Source: Octopus bimaculoides
Taxonomy: Eukaryota
Assembly: GCF_001194135.2 (NCBI RefSeq)
Contig: NC_069000.1
Coordinates: 26,159,670-26,216,338, forward strand
Direction of reading: 5' to 3'
DNA: 56,669 bases
Shown here one piece after another: positions 37,625-51,707 of the stretch. A program made the position numbers and the translations under genes. Below the pieces are notes generated by a model. It was not told where the DNA came from and ran no database searches. It saw only the letters and a list, made by a program, of their open reading frames with translations. The stretch's first letter is position 1; each line of letters begins with the position of its first letter.

Positions 37625-40600
37625 GGCAGTGATCTGGCAGACCTGTTAGCATGCTGGACAAAATGCATAGTGGTATTTCACTTGTCACTATGTTCTGAGT
37701 TCAAAATTCCGCTGAGGTCGACTTTGCCTTTCATCCTTTTAGGGTCAATAAATTAAGTACCAATAAAACACTGGGGGTTAATATAATTGATTAGTCCCCT
37801 CCCTGCAAATTTCAGGACTTGTACCTTTAGTAGAAAGGATTATTATTCATTCTGGTAATTTACATTGTGATTTCAAATCACATCAAGGTCAATTTTGTGT
37901 CCCATCTCTTAGGAGTTAATTAATGAAAGTACTAGCTTGTGATATATTAATGTCAGTCTAAATCACCTCTAATTTCCAACATTAAATCTGCCTTTGTCAG
38001 AAATCCTTATTTTAAAGATAGTAGATCCCAGATATAATGGAGCAATCAATTCAAACACTTTGCAGTATTTTATTATTTGTTGGAATAACTCAATTTTGCC
38101 ATCCCACCAAGTTCAATAAAGTTGGCATCAGTAATATACACTAGAAGAATGTGAATTGGTTAAGCTACTCTGTAGTTTTGAACCAAATGTAAGAAATAAT
38201 TATGGAATCATGGTAAGTGCTAAAGACTTAAGTAAGTAGTCTTCTCCACCCGCCCACTAGCACTTTATCATTCCTGAGTTCCCATAATGATTTTGAAAAT
38301 TGTTTCAAATTTAATTAATTAGTCCTTAAATAACAAATATCAACATAAATATGCATATACAGAAGGACAGATTTGAAGTCTAGTTTCACTTTCCATTTCT
38401 TTCAACTGTATTACCCCGTTGTATAAATCTATTGTTCTTGTCAATAGGTGGTGTACGTGACAGCGACTTTTCCTTATTTGGTTTTAACTATTTTGCTGAT
38501 TCGAGGAGTTACTTTGCCTGGAGCTTGGGAAGGGTTGAAATTTTACCTTATTCCTAAATGGTCAAGATTGCTGGATTTTCAGGTGAGTTTATGATGATGA
38601 TGATGTTGTTGTTGTTGTTGTTGTTGTTGTTGTGTGTGTGTGTGTGTGTGGAGGGGCAGTTCTTGTCACTTTCTTCCACTTAGCAATCACAGATGGGAGT
38701 ATATGCCTCTTGACCTTACAAGGCCGGCAAGTCCTCAATATGCCACCACCACCACCACCTCATGAGTACCTTCATTGTCTTTGTTGCACTCCACCTTACA
38801 CCTAAGCAGCTACTGCACTTGCTTGCAATAAAGAAAGTTTATTCCTATATTTTGTTGTACAATACTTTTATAAAGCTAAGTAACAAATTTTTGTGAAGTT
38901 AGCTTCAATCCCTCATGTTTTAAAATTGTTTTTCGTTTTCAAACTGACCATATTTGAAACAAACCATGGAATTGAATTCTTCAACAAATGAGATAAAGAA
39001 AAGGAAAATTTTGATAAAACTTTCCCACCACTGGTTCAAACCAGAACCACCATTACTACTACAGACAGTGCCAACCAAAAGCCTCACAAACCTGCTCAGA
39101 CATTTTCAACAGTCTGACTGGTACCAACTAGATTTCTGAAATGCACCAATGTGGACATGGACAATTTGTATCAGGTCATCTAGGTCATATCTAAATAGAG
39201 TATTCTGTAATCCTATAGATAACAATAGTATAACTTGTCCACTTTTTAAGATCATCAGCTACAAATTTGTGAACTGCACAGTCAATCTAGATAGACTTCA
39301 TAGGCAGGGATCCAGTTACTAGAAGCTGAACACATCACTCCCAGAGTGTGGCAACTTATAGACACTGGTTTAGCTAGTTAGTTAAGTGGGTATTGAAAGG
39401 GTCAATTGTTAACAACAGACAGTGGATTTCCCTGAAAAGGAAAATTGAAAGTGTCAATTGTTAACAACAAATGGTGGGTTTCCCTGAAAAGGGCAATTAG
39501 AGTGGAATTGATTAGGTTTAGTAAGGCATAATCAAGAGAAAGAAATAGAATAGAGGGGAAACTTAAAAGAGGTGCTTAAGAAAAGCATCATAACTGAAGT
39601 ACTGGTGGTGAGATTGACCCTGGATCAATTCTTGAACACTAAGCTTGGAGGATGCTTTGCTTTTCATCCTTTTGGCAGGGAAGGTCAATAAAATATGTAC
39701 CACTTGAGTACTGGGTGGGGGTCAGTGTAATCAACTTACCCCTCCCTGAAAACTGCTGGTCTTGTGCCAAAATTAGGAAGAATTATTACTAAATTGGCTG
39801 AACTGTTAAGAGTGTCATCTTTGTTCAAGTTCTTTACATTCTGCTTGAATCCTGCCATGGTCAACTTCAGTTTTTAACCCTCTAGGAGGCAATAAAATAG
39901 AAGTACCAGAGTTGATATTCAACTAACCTGAACCACCCACCCCTTTCCACCACATTTCTGACCTTGTGTCTATATTAAAAAACCAGTATTATTATTATTA
40001 ATCTTATTAAGGTGACATACTAGCAGAACCATTACCTGCACCTGACAAAATGCTTAGTGACATTCCTTCCAGCTCTTTACTTTCTAAGTTCAAATGCCAC
40101 CAAGGTTGACTTCACCATTCATCCTTTCGGGGTCAATCGAATAAGTACCAGTTGAGCACAATCAACTTACCCCCACTCCCAAAATCGCTGGCCTTGTGCT
40201 AAAACTTGAAATTATTGTTGTTGTTGCTGTTAATATTTTATTTTTCAAAGATTTCTTTAGAATATTAGAATAAATAATTTTTATAATCTTTCAACTAATA
40301 TTTCCATTTTTGCTCCCTTACAGGTCTGGGGAGATGCAGCCACTCAAATTTTTTATTCTGTTGGCATGTCCTGGGGTGGTCTCATCACAATGGCCAGTTA
40401 CAATAAATTCCACAACAACGTTTACAGGTGAGGTCTACTATGTCAAGTTCAAGCTAACACAGTCATTCAGCCTGATAGAAATAGCAGCCAAATTTCTCTC
40501 AAATTACATACTACCGACCTTCAAAAAAAGATGAGATTGGAGTAATATAGTCTTAAATGCAGTGACTACATACAGTATTTGGGTACTCTAAAATGGGAGG

Positions 40601-42728
40601 TGGGGCTGTGGCTGGAAGACACTTTTGATCATAAATCTGCAACACTTTCCCCACTTGTGTTTAGCTATGAAGTGTTCAGTTCCTGCTGTATGAAAGTGGT
40701 AGACTTCATTGTAGATGAACAATCTCTACTTGGGTTACTTATTTTCTATATGCATACTAAGCCGTCCAACCCATGCCAGTATGGAAAATTGACATTAAAT
40801 GATGATGACGATAATGAAGATTACAACCACACTTTTTAAGTATCGTCTTTAAGCCATTTCCAGTGTTCTCTATGCACATATTTTTCTTTATTCAGCTGAA
40901 AGTAATAAAATGTTGTTTAGACAACTGATGATCTTACATTTGCACAACTTGGCCAACCCATTGACACTGACATCATGTAATTATGTCTCCAATGAAGCCA
41001 GTATTGACCTGGTAGAGCACACTCACATACTCCATCTGTTCTACCACTGAATATACCTTATTTTCTTCTAACATTTATGGTAGTATATTTCCAAATTCTG
41101 AAAATGTTGCTTATACCTTACTCCGGTTTTAGGGCCATGTAGAAGGCTAAGTGTAACAACAGTCACGTGCATCAATAAGTTTGGTTGTTGTCTCCTGGTA
41201 TAAATGTACGTGTCTTTGCAGATGACCAGAAATTGTGCTGGCACATTTTATTCAGTATTAGATTACTCCATCTGCCAATATACCTGAATTGTTGGACCAG
41301 GTTCCAGCTTCTTGACATGAGATTTTTGTTTTATTTGTTAATAATTAGCCCCATATACTTCATTAAAAACACAAATACAAATACTAAACATGTATGTATG
41401 TAAAGTTATTTCGTTTATTTCTTGTGATAATAATTATGTTTTTTTATCTTATTTTCAGAGATGCTATGATAATCCCAGTTATTGGTTGTACAACTAGTGT
41501 TTATGCCGGGTTAGTTATTTTCTCTGTTCTTGGATTCATGTCTTATGAAACCGGTATCCCAATTGAAGATGTTGTCACCCAAGGTAAGGGACACAAACAC
41601 TACACATATTCAATTTGTCTTATAATAATTTTTGTCTCCCTTGTATAATCCCGTTCACATCTAGAACAAATCAACATCAGTGCTTGGTCAATGCTTAAAC
41701 GATTCTGCATGCTACCAATCGGTATGGTTAATTAGTAATGTAGTGCACCTCATTTTGGGTACTTCATATACAATGCGATTGATCATATATTTGCTTTTAG
41801 TTAGAGTTGATAGGGGACTAAGCAACAATAACAACAATTATTTACCCTCAAAGCAACGAAGGATCATCAACACATTGACTCAACTGGCTAGATAGAGCTG
41901 TTGAATCTCCTTTCTTGTCTTTAAATAAGAAGGAATCTTTAGATAATGTCTAGGATGCGGTTATACCTGAAGTTTAAAAATAAAATTGTCTTTAACGTCA
42001 GCAAAGACACCATCGCTCCTAACACATGTAAATGATATTCGAATTTATAGTAACTTGACCCGGTAGACGTAGTCAAAAAGATTATTTTATCATTACCTTT
42101 GTTAAACTTATTTGAAATGAACTATTCAAGCGCGGTAATTATTATATTAGGGGAGATAATTATATTGATGAATTTGATTAATTGCAGTTATTTACCTTTA
42201 TTAAGTAACAATTATGGAAGCAAAATATATTTGACTATGTCTCTTCATATTCTGAGTTCAAATCCAAGTCAGGTTTATTTTAATCTTTCGATTTGATATT
42301 CCTCTAATTCATTTTAACGAAATAATTATAAGATTATTAGTGTGTGTGTGTGTGTATCATGATTATCATCATTTAGCGTTCGCTTTCCATACTGGCATGG
42401 GTTAGACGGTTTGACTGGAATATATATAATCGTTACTATTATGCAAAAGTGTCATAAGTGCAAAGCATTGCTTATTCAGAAAACGAAAAAATAGTTTCAC
42501 CATTACATAGCGAAACCGATGTATTACACTTTGACAATTTTTCATATCTTGGCATTTGAAGCAACTGGAGATACGATAGTTTCACTAAAAGAACCAGCTA
42601 TTGCAGGCAAAAATAAATATTGAAAAGAAACGTATTTGGTCAAATTTGGACATACAACAGCTTCACATAATAGCAAATATATATATAATATATATTATAT
42701 ATATATGTGTGTGTGTGTATATATATGC

Positions 42729-42774
<46 letters not shown>

Positions 42775-43393
42775 ATTCACTTATATATATGTATATATAA
42801 GTGAATTATTCACTTCTATTTATATTTAAATTGATAGATTTATCATCATTTTAACATCTACTTTTCCCTACCTGTGCTATGGGCCTCTTTCAATTTCTTA
42901 TTTCTTTATTGCCCTCAAGGGGCTAAAACATAGAGGGGACCGACCCCAGTGCATAACTGGTACTTAATTTATGGACCTCGAACGGATGAAAGGCAAAGTT
43001 GAACTCGGCGGTATTTGAACTCAGAATGTAACGGCAGACGAAATACCGCTAAGCATTTCGCCCGGCATGTTAATGTTTCTGCCACCTTGCCTCTTTCAAT
43101 TTGTATCTACCAAATCCATATTGGTCAACCTGGGACTGCTTTTCCCTACCTGCGCTATAGGTCTCTTTCAATTTCTGTCTACCAAATCCAAAATAGAAAG
43201 GAACTGAAAGAAACAAGTTTTTATTTTCTTTACATCTCACTAATTTGCATTTTTTTGTTTCTTCTTTTACCACCTTTTAGGTCCTGGTCTAACATTTGTT
43301 GCTTACCCTGAAGCTGTAACTAAATTACCAGTGTCCCCTCTGTGGGCAATTTTGTTTTTTTTAATGTTATTTACCGTTGGCTTGGACAGCCAG
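33797..43393 (+). CDS. SLC6 sodium- and chloride-dependent glycine/amino-acid transporter-like (TM1-TM8; 8 exons; 3' exons not in view)
   Basis: Exons 33797-33986, 35037-35168, 35849-36185, 37103-37235, 38448-38582, 40324-40427, 41459-41583 and 43281-43393 join in frame with GT-AG ends. Motifs [41 protein letters not shown]. Orthology to SLC6A5/A9 not established. Confidence 0.95.
34594..34750 (+). mobile_element. RTE-type 3' tail with (GAT)n
   Basis: gagtggttggcgttaggaagggcatccagctgtagaaac...gcatggaaagcggacgttaaacgatgatgat, the same tail as the RTE at 30332. Confidence 0.85.
35037..35168 (+). CDS. SLC6 exon: TM2
   Basis: tttcag|GT GCT...AAA G|gtacgt; [43 protein letters not shown]. Confidence 0.95.
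35849..36185 (+). CDS. SLC6 exon: TM3 + extracellular loop 2
   Basis: ttgcag|GA GTT...TGG CA|gtgagt; [37 protein letters not shown]. Confidence 0.95.
37103..37235 (+). CDS. SLC6 exon: EL2 end + TM4
   Basis: [44 protein letters not shown]|gtaagt. The only phase-compatible acceptor is aag at 37100-37102. Confidence 0.9.
37624..37848 (+). mobile_element. SINE family A, full length
   Basis: ggcagtgatctggcagacc...gagttcaaaattccgctgaggtcgactttgcctttcatcc...aaatttcaggacttgtacc + (ATT)n. Confidence 0.85.
38448..38582 (+). CDS. SLC6 exon: TM5
   Basis: caatag|GTG...CAG|gtgagt; [45 protein letters not shown]. Confidence 0.95.
39605..40225 (+). mobile_element. Three head-to-tail degenerate SINE family A copies
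   Basis: tcatcc...aataaaat/aataagtacc...ggccttgtg units at ~39605-39790, 39791-40008 and 40009-40225, each ending in ATT/GTT repeats. Confidence 0.7.
40324..40427 (+). CDS. SLC6 exon: TM6
   Basis: ttacag|GTC...TAC AG|gtgagg; [34 protein letters not shown]. Confidence 0.95.
41459..41583 (+). CDS. SLC6 exon: TM7
   Basis: tttcag|A GAT...CAA G|gtaagg; [41 protein letters not shown]. Confidence 0.95.
42900..43086 (-). mobile_element. SINE family A
   Basis: Reverse complement of the family head and tail, closely similar to 5276-5505. Confidence 0.88.
43281..43393 (+). CDS. SLC6 exon: EL4 + TM8
   Basis: ttttag|GT CCT...CAG|gtaagt; [37 protein letters not shown]. Confidence 0.95.
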
Positions 43394-43554
43394 GTAAGTC
43401 ATGTTCTTTTTTGCTCTCTCTTTAAATAATCAACATCACCCTCAGAATGTGTCTGGAGAAAAGTCCCAAATCATCATGTCCCGCCTTAATTGGTGTCTAA
43501 AAGAAAGTCAATGCATATGCAATGTTTCCTCAGCAATAGTTCTCTCACTATCTA

Positions 43555-43598
<44 letters not shown>

Positions 43599-46476
43599 NN
43601 NNNNNNNNTATATATTATATATTATATATGTATTATATACATATATACCTATATATTATATACATTCATTCTTGCTATCTTTTCTCTTGCTCTCTTCTCT
43701 TTTCTTTATTTTGATAGTTGAGAAAATACAAATATGACCACTTGACCTCAGATTTGTTAGCAATGTTTCTTTTATTCATTCTTTCATTCTAGTATTTTTT
43801 TTTTTTTTTTTAGAAGATTTTCTCTACAGCAAGTTTACTATTTAGTAAGTTACTAGTTAAGTTTAACGTGCAAGATAGGACCAAACTTATCAGAATTTAT
43901 TCTATTTTGAAAATTAATATTATTATTATGGAAGTAGGTTTTTGGTAGCATTGAAAGAGTAGTAGAAATAGTGCTGAAATACTAGAGTAGATTTGATGAT
44001 AGCCTCCCCTTCCCTCTCAATGTGTCAACATATGTCGATGTCAAGCATCAATTTTTTTTTTTTTTTTTAGTTTCAGTTATTTCTGTTTATTTGTATAAAC
44101 CTCAGTATTCTATAATTTCTGCTATTTGTGAAATATGCCTTTAGTGCCTAACCTTAGTTGCAATACTATCTTAATACATGGGCACAGGGACCTTTTTAAG
44201 GGGCCCAATTGTAATCTATGTTGTTGACTTGTTGCCAATAAATAAATACTATAAGGCCCAGTGCAGAGATTTGTCCAGGAGCCTATAATGTTGCTAAGAT
44301 AGCCTTGGCCAGTAGAGTTGACTCTGTTGCAAGTTTCTGAACCAAATCACATCCATGTTTTGCCACTACACTCATTTTCTCAACAAGCATTAACCAGTGT
44401 ATGTTGTTGCATTTGCTGTAACAATTTTATCAGTAAAGAGGGCCTGATAAGATTATTGGCTCTGATCCAAGCTTCTGACAAAATTATATTAAAAGAATAT
44501 TTTTATACACAATTTAGCTTTATTGTAACTTGTGAAAGAAAAAAAATGAAAATTTACATTTATTACTTCTGAAGAAACCAACTTTCCCATAAACTTATAA
44601 AAAAACTATGTAGAATAAAAAAATACTTTTCTTAATGAAATTTAGTAAGCTTCTTTAGTTAGTCTTAATGAAAANNNNNNNNNNNNNNNNNNNNNNNNNN
44701 NNNNNNNNNNNNNNNNNNNNNNNNNNNNNNNNNNNNNNNNNNNNNNNNNNNNNNNNNNNNNNNNNNNNNNNNNNNNNNNNNNNNNNNNNNNNNNNNNNNN
44801 NNNNNNNNNNNNNNNNNNNNNNNNNNNNNNNNNNNNNNNNNNNNNNNNNNNNNNNNNNNNNNNNNNNNNNNNNNNNNNNNNNNNNNNNNNNNNNNNNNNN
44901 NNNNNNNNNNNNNNNNNNNNNNNNNNNNNNNNNNNNNNNNNNNNNNNNNNNNNNNNNNNNNNNNNNNNNNNNNNNNNNNNNNNNNNNNNNNNNNNNNNNN
45001 NNNNNNNNNNNNNNNNNNNNNNNNAATCAATTTAAAAAAAACTTTCTGATCCTACTTTATAATTTTTGTAAATTTTTAGATTTTCTCAAAAGTTTAAATA
45101 GTAATTACCATTTTTTTTAATGAACTACCTTGATCCCTAGTCAAAATTGTTTTAAATATAAATGATAAGCATTTGGAGAGAGCGAGCAACGTTCTTTATA
45201 AAAAAATACAGGTATCAAAGTATTCAACACGCCATCAAAACAACAACAAAAATACATTCCTTGTTCATTTCAGCCATTTTTGTGTTTTTTTTTGTTTTTT
45301 GTTTTTTTCCTATACCTGTATTTTAGCTTTAAAATGAAAATCTTTCATGTTTCTTGTTAGTTGTTCTTGATTTTGGGAGTCAAATTCAAAGAACATGTGG
45401 ATTATCTATCGACATGTTCTTTGGGTATCATAAGAGTTACAATGTAATGCCTACAATTGTGGCAATGCATTCTGGGTTGTTTTCCCCCTTCCAGTTCACC
45501 TCTACTAAGCTTCTGGTTGGCCACTAAAGCTTGGTAGAGTTTCTTGACAACACCATTATTCATTCCACCTTCCAAAATTAAACTGTTTAAAGAATTAATT
45601 TTTTTTTTTTTTAATATAGTCATAATTTTAATGTAGCAAAATCTGCAGTATTAAACTTAACAATTTATGTGACTTCTTATGAAGAAAATAAATTCTATCT
45701 TTATTACATCAATTAGAAATAATTTTCCTTAATTGCAAATTTATATTTTCTTATACTAAAATTTCAGGAATTTAAAGTAAAGAATATATTCCATCCTATC
45801 AAACATGTTTTTTAAATATTTAATTTATGAAAATAAAATATCTAAATTTTTCAAATTCATTTTTAGACTTTTTCTTAATTATTTTTTTTCTAGCAAAAGC
45901 CCCTGAACCCATCATGATGTATATGGTGTTGTCTTAAACTTCAAAACCATCTAGCTATGTGTGTGTGTATATATATATATGTGTTTATATATATATATAT
46001 GCATATATATATATATATATACATGTATATATATATATATATATATAACTACAAAAGAATCTTTTCTCTGTCTTCCCCCTATTCTCTATCTATCTTTCTC
46101 TATCACTCTGTGTCTCTTTGTCTATCTTTGTCTATCTTTCTCTCTCAATCTCTGTCACTCCTCTCTTTTCCTCACTCTCACTCCCATTGTCTTATGCATA
46201 TTCAAGTAGTTCTTGCTGACTAGAGATCATGGCATTTTAAACTGATGCTTTCTGGCTTGACATATTCAAAGAAAGACCTAAAAGTACTACTAGTTAATGC
46301 ATGGATGGACACTTGACCACTCGTTCATATATAATTATCATACACATTTTTGTTTTTCCTTCATTTCTTAGATGGATTCTGTATTTGTATTGACAATCTA
46401 AAAAGTACCAATTTGGGACAGCATTGTTTAGACTCTCTCAACTTCCAAAAAATGTTTTCACATTTAGTTTTTTGCT

Positions 46477-46509
<33 letters not shown>

Positions 46510-47114
46510 CATTTTTAACTTTTTTTAATTTATTTTTATCAAATCTTTATTTTATTTGATTTTTTTTCTTTTAAACTTAAATTTTATTTTTTTATCAATT
46601 TTTTCTTCCAACATTTTACTTTTTTTACTATAGAACTCTTTGTATTTTTGTTTCTTTTTCTTTCCTTTTACGTACCCAAAATTTGAATTTTTTTTTTTTT
46701 TTAATAAAATTGAAAGGGGACAATATGAAGATTTGGTAATCTCCAGACACATTTCTTTTTTCTCTTGTTTCTTCTAGCTGTTGAAATATTACAATATGTG
46801 TCAATAAACACGACTATATTTCTTTTATGAATAGCCAGACTACTAGAATTAATGTTTTTTTTCACCCCCTCACCAAATATATCTCCTGACAAGAGAGATG
46901 TTAGTTCATCATTTTTTTCCCTTTATCTCTGTTGACTTTGTTCATTGTGTTTTTTTTTCTTACATATATAACATGTTATACACCTCTTACTTTCTTTCAA
47001 CATTTCTCTTACATTTCTGTCTATGGTTTTAAGGAGTTATTTAATTTATTTCATCTCCTTTTCTGTCATTTTCCATGTAATTTTTTTTTTTTTTAGGTAT
47101 TCTCCAAGCTCTCT

Positions 47115-47200
<86 letters not shown>

Positions 47201-48673
47201 GTCTTCTCTCTCTCATTTCCCTGTGTAGCTATTATTTTCAGAATTTTATTTTAGTTTCTCCAGTATTTAAGAATCTTTGTGATGCTAATGACATTTATTG
47301 TTTATTATAGTGAACTAAGAAGCAAATATATATGTCCCAAAAAAGGCAGTGTGTTTGTAATATGCACATACACAGACACTAGCACAGTTGAACATGCCTC
47401 CTGTTTACTCACATGGATCCATGCATAAGTGTGTGTATGTAAAACTGTGTGCGCATATAATAATGTACATTGAAAACAGCGAATGAAAGATGTTCCATTG
47501 TATGTAGATGTTAATTTTCCAGCAGAATAAACACCACTTCTCAAATGTATAGACAGGAGTTTATCTTTAGACTACTCATGTTTAAGTAATTCAATCAAGA
47601 ATTTTGCAATTTGGGGCATAAAATTTTGCTGTTTGGTAAATGATCAGCTTTATGCTGATAAAGAGTAAATGGAAAATATGCATGTACATGCACACATACA
47701 CATAAATACATAATTGAACATACATTACAAGTATATACATCTATGGTATTTTTTGTGCATGTAGAAATTATGAATTTCAATTGCTTTCCGTATTTTGAAG
47801 CAGATAAAAACATTAAATGTCATTTTGCTCAATTTCTGATTCACTTGTCTTTAGTTTGTATGTTGTCGCTACTTGGTTTCACTAAGGTATCTCAACTCTA
47901 CATCTGTAAAAGTCCCGTTTTAACTTCTAATTGATGTAGGAAATCTACACAATTTCTTTGATCTGAATTCACAGTTGAGTTCCTGTTTTAGTAACCTCTT
48001 TATTTACAGCCTATTTGAATTTCTGGTTCTGTGATTATTTTCATCTCCCAATTCTAGTTTCAGCTGGCTTGAAAATTCAATTTTAGTAGGTCTATTAATT
48101 TGAGGTGTAGGATTAACTTCAATGTCATCATTTCTCTCATAACTCATTCAAGTATTTCACTGTAATTACTCAAACAAGGATAAAACTCCTCTGTGGACAA
48201 ATCAATGTTTTGAATAAAAGATAGTTGAAATAAAATATATCTGCTACCAGTCACCAATGGAGCCATAACCATTGAATAGTAAGAAATAACATCATAGGGA
48301 GCTGCATCTTTGAGGAAATTTTGCCTCCTGGTTGCAATCATTTTACTTCTTTTAAATCATTGGTCCTTTGAGAAAGGCAGGACAGCTACACAATCTTTCC
48401 TTTTCCTAATAAATCTTAATTTTTGCGTCTGCCTAAGAATTTATTCGAGTCATCAGTAATTCCAATGAAGATAATATTTCATTTGAAATCTTGATGGGAT
48501 ATTCACATCTTTTTAGATGCAAAAGAATTGTTTAATTTTTTATCAGGTCATTTTAAATTCTGAGTCTGACCAACGTGATAATGTGGGAGTATGAAAAGTA
48601 TGAAAAATGGTTTTAAAAAATTATATTAAAAGTATTCTTTTATTCCTATTCCTGTTGGAACAACATTCTACAA

Positions 48674-48705
<32 letters not shown>

Positions 48706-50513
48706 NNNNNNNNNNNNNNNNNNNNNNNNNNNNNNNNNNNNNNNNNNNNNNNNNNNNNNNNNNNNNNNNNNNNNNNNNNNNNNNNNNNNNNNNNNNNNNN
48801 NNNNNNNNNNNNNNNNNNNNNNNNNNNNNNNNNNNNNNNNNNNNNNNNNNNNNNNNNNNNNNNNNNNNNNNNNNNNNNNNNNNNNNNNNNNNNNNNNNNN
48901 NNNNNNNNNNNNNNNNNNNNNNNNNNNNNNNNNNNNNNNNNNNNNNNNNNNNNNNNNNNNNNNNNNNNNNNNNNNNNNNNNNNNNNNNNNNNNNNNNNNN
49001 NNNNNNNNNNNNNNNNNNNNNNNNNNNNNNNNNNNNNNNNNNNNNNNNNNNNNNNNNNNNNNNTTTTTTTTTTTTTTTTTTTTTTTTTGTCCATTATCTT
49101 CTCAATGCACTCATGTTCACGTGATGCTGACGCTCAACTTTCAATTTCAATAACAGTAACTGAATGACAAGCAAATCTATTTAGCAAATTGCTTTTTCAG
49201 CAGCAATACATGATACCAAGTTTTTGAATTGATAGACTGGACCAAATAGAATTAAATGTCTTCCTTTATAAAAGACAGAAAATTGCTACAAATGATAATC
49301 ATACCTAGTGTATCAAATACACTCAGGTATATACTAAAGTTGTTATTGTTGTTGTTGAAGAAATAGCTCATGTATTGCACTGAGCTTTCTTTGGTTGATG
49401 AATGAACTCGGATGCATTATCTATTGATTTCTTCAAGGCAGACACCTCCTGGTTTTAAGCCTATAACAAAGCTATTGAATAACTTCATAATTTTTAATTC
49501 TTGTATTGGTGATTTGATTTGTAGCATTCATTGGTTCATTACCAAATGGAATTCAGTGAAGTCCTTGAGGTGGATTTCTCAAGAGTTCTTACTTAGATTG
49601 TTCTTTTAAAAGGTTTTTAAGCTAAAGACAAAGTTTTGCATATTCTTAAGAATAAAAGAAAACTTAACATAGCGTGCATTAGTTCAATTATATGCTAAGA
49701 AAAGAGGAACTCTTAACTATCCAAGCAAATCACCTTACACACACACATAATGTGTGTGTGTATATGTATTGTTTATTAAGCAATAAATCCCATCTAGCTC
49801 CTGCCAGTGTTTGGAGTCTGCTCATAACACTGCTGCTAAAAAATTTGCAAAAACACATTTGGTTTGGGAGATGGAGAATGTTATATTTGAGTTATCTTCC
49901 AAAAATATTAGAGATTTTTAAATATATGGCTTTTTTTTATCAATAACACTATATTATACTTTTCTGCATTTGTTTATATTATATTTTATTTCTAATTCTT
50001 TCTTAATCTGGCTATTGAAAACAGAAATATGTCCCCTACCACCAGTTATTTTTATCCTGTTTTTCCTCCACTGTGTAACAAAAAATAAAAGACAATTGCA
50101 TGTTTTTGATATATCTTTCTTCATCTGTGTGAATTAGGTCATTAGTTACATTTCCTAGATTATTTCATACGTCATTGACTTATCAAATAAGTAGTTATTC
50201 AGTAAGAATCAATTAAGAAAACTCTTCTATATCTTTCTGAACTTTACTGATTTATCAGTTCTTACAAAAATGAAAAATTTTTTAAAAAAACAGTTGGTAT
50301 TTTCAATATCTTTTTGTGTATGTGTTACATTAAGCACAGTAACCATAACTACAGTAATGATAATAATTAAGTAGTGAAAAGCTGTTTTATTATACTTTTA
50401 TCCTCAATTTTTATATTTCTTTAGTTGGATAAAGGCACATCGACAGCAAGGTAAGCTGAAGAATGCATTTTGATGTTGAAAGATATTCAGATCAAAAATA
50501 CAGGGGGTGGTCA

Positions 50514-50515
<2 letters not shown>

Positions 50516-50580
<65 letters not shown>

Positions 50581-50628
50581 CCTTATTATTATCCTTATCA
50601 TCATAATTATTATCATTATTATTATTAC
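50516..50628. repeat. (ATT)n microsatellite
   Basis: Directly visible. Similar tracts at 12624-12700, 37258-37330, 37542-37622 and 55061-55095. Confidence 0.95.
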
Positions 50629-51352
50629 TCTCATAATATTTTCCTTAAGTAGCAATTCTCTGAGCTTACGTAGATGGCATATGTGGGAGGCATCTGCAGA
50701 ATTTTGTTTCATTGTTTGCAATTCAGTAATGTCGATTTGGTGATTATCCCTAGACTAAGAGATAACAGTGACAACTTTATTGGATAAATTTCCATTTGTC
50801 CTCTTTGTGGAGGTATTTTTCGAATATTCTGAATCAGAAATCTTTTATATAATGTATGGAATTGTATGTATATTCCAGTTAATGTATAAGTGCTGGTGTG
50901 TGTGTGTGCATGCAGATACATTTGCAGGAATGGATAAAAATGAGCTGGAACTGAAAAATGCTTTGTTTTGAATGTCTGTTCTTAAGTCTCTCATAAGAGT
51001 CAAAATGTTTGGATAGGCATTTTCCTGGCAATAGGTTGGTCCTTAGAGAGCATGATTCTTTTATTTTAAACTTATACACCATTCTTCAGCATCTTTTTAT
51101 GAATGCAAAAAAAGAAGTTTCTTTTTTCCTTCTTAGCTTCCGTATCTATATCAGAGGGACATTGTTTATAATGTATCTACAATCCTCCCTACAATGAGTG
51201 GAAAAGCCAAATTCATTGCAGAGATTAAATATCTGAACCAAACTTTCTTTTTAATTATGATTTGTTACTATGCTACTTCTACTACTGAAAAAGTGGTGGT
51301 CGACATCAGCAAAAATCTGTTACTAACTTTGAAAATCCCCTTTATGTGTGTC

Positions 51353-51390
<38 letters not shown>

Positions 51391-51429
51391 GATAGATAGA
51401 TATAGATATAGATAGATAGATAGATAGAT

Positions 51430-51498
<69 letters not shown>

Positions 51499-51654
51499 NN
51501 NNNNNNNNNNNNNNNNNNNNNNNNNNNNNNNNNNNNNNNNNNNNNNNNNNNNNNNNNNNNNNNNNNNNNNNNNNNNNNNNNNNNNNNNNNNNNNNNNNNN
51601 NNNNNNNNNNNNNNNNNNNNNNNNNNNNNNNNNNNNNNNNNNNNNNNNNNNNNN

Positions 51655-51707
<53 letters not shown>

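Noticed and set aside
39392-39492. ~49-bp direct repeat with period 52
   Set aside because: Simple two-copy local duplication with no further structure.
45388-45423. 11-bp inverted repeat aaagaacatgt/acatgttcttt
   Set aside because: Short and AT-rich; expected by chance at this scale.
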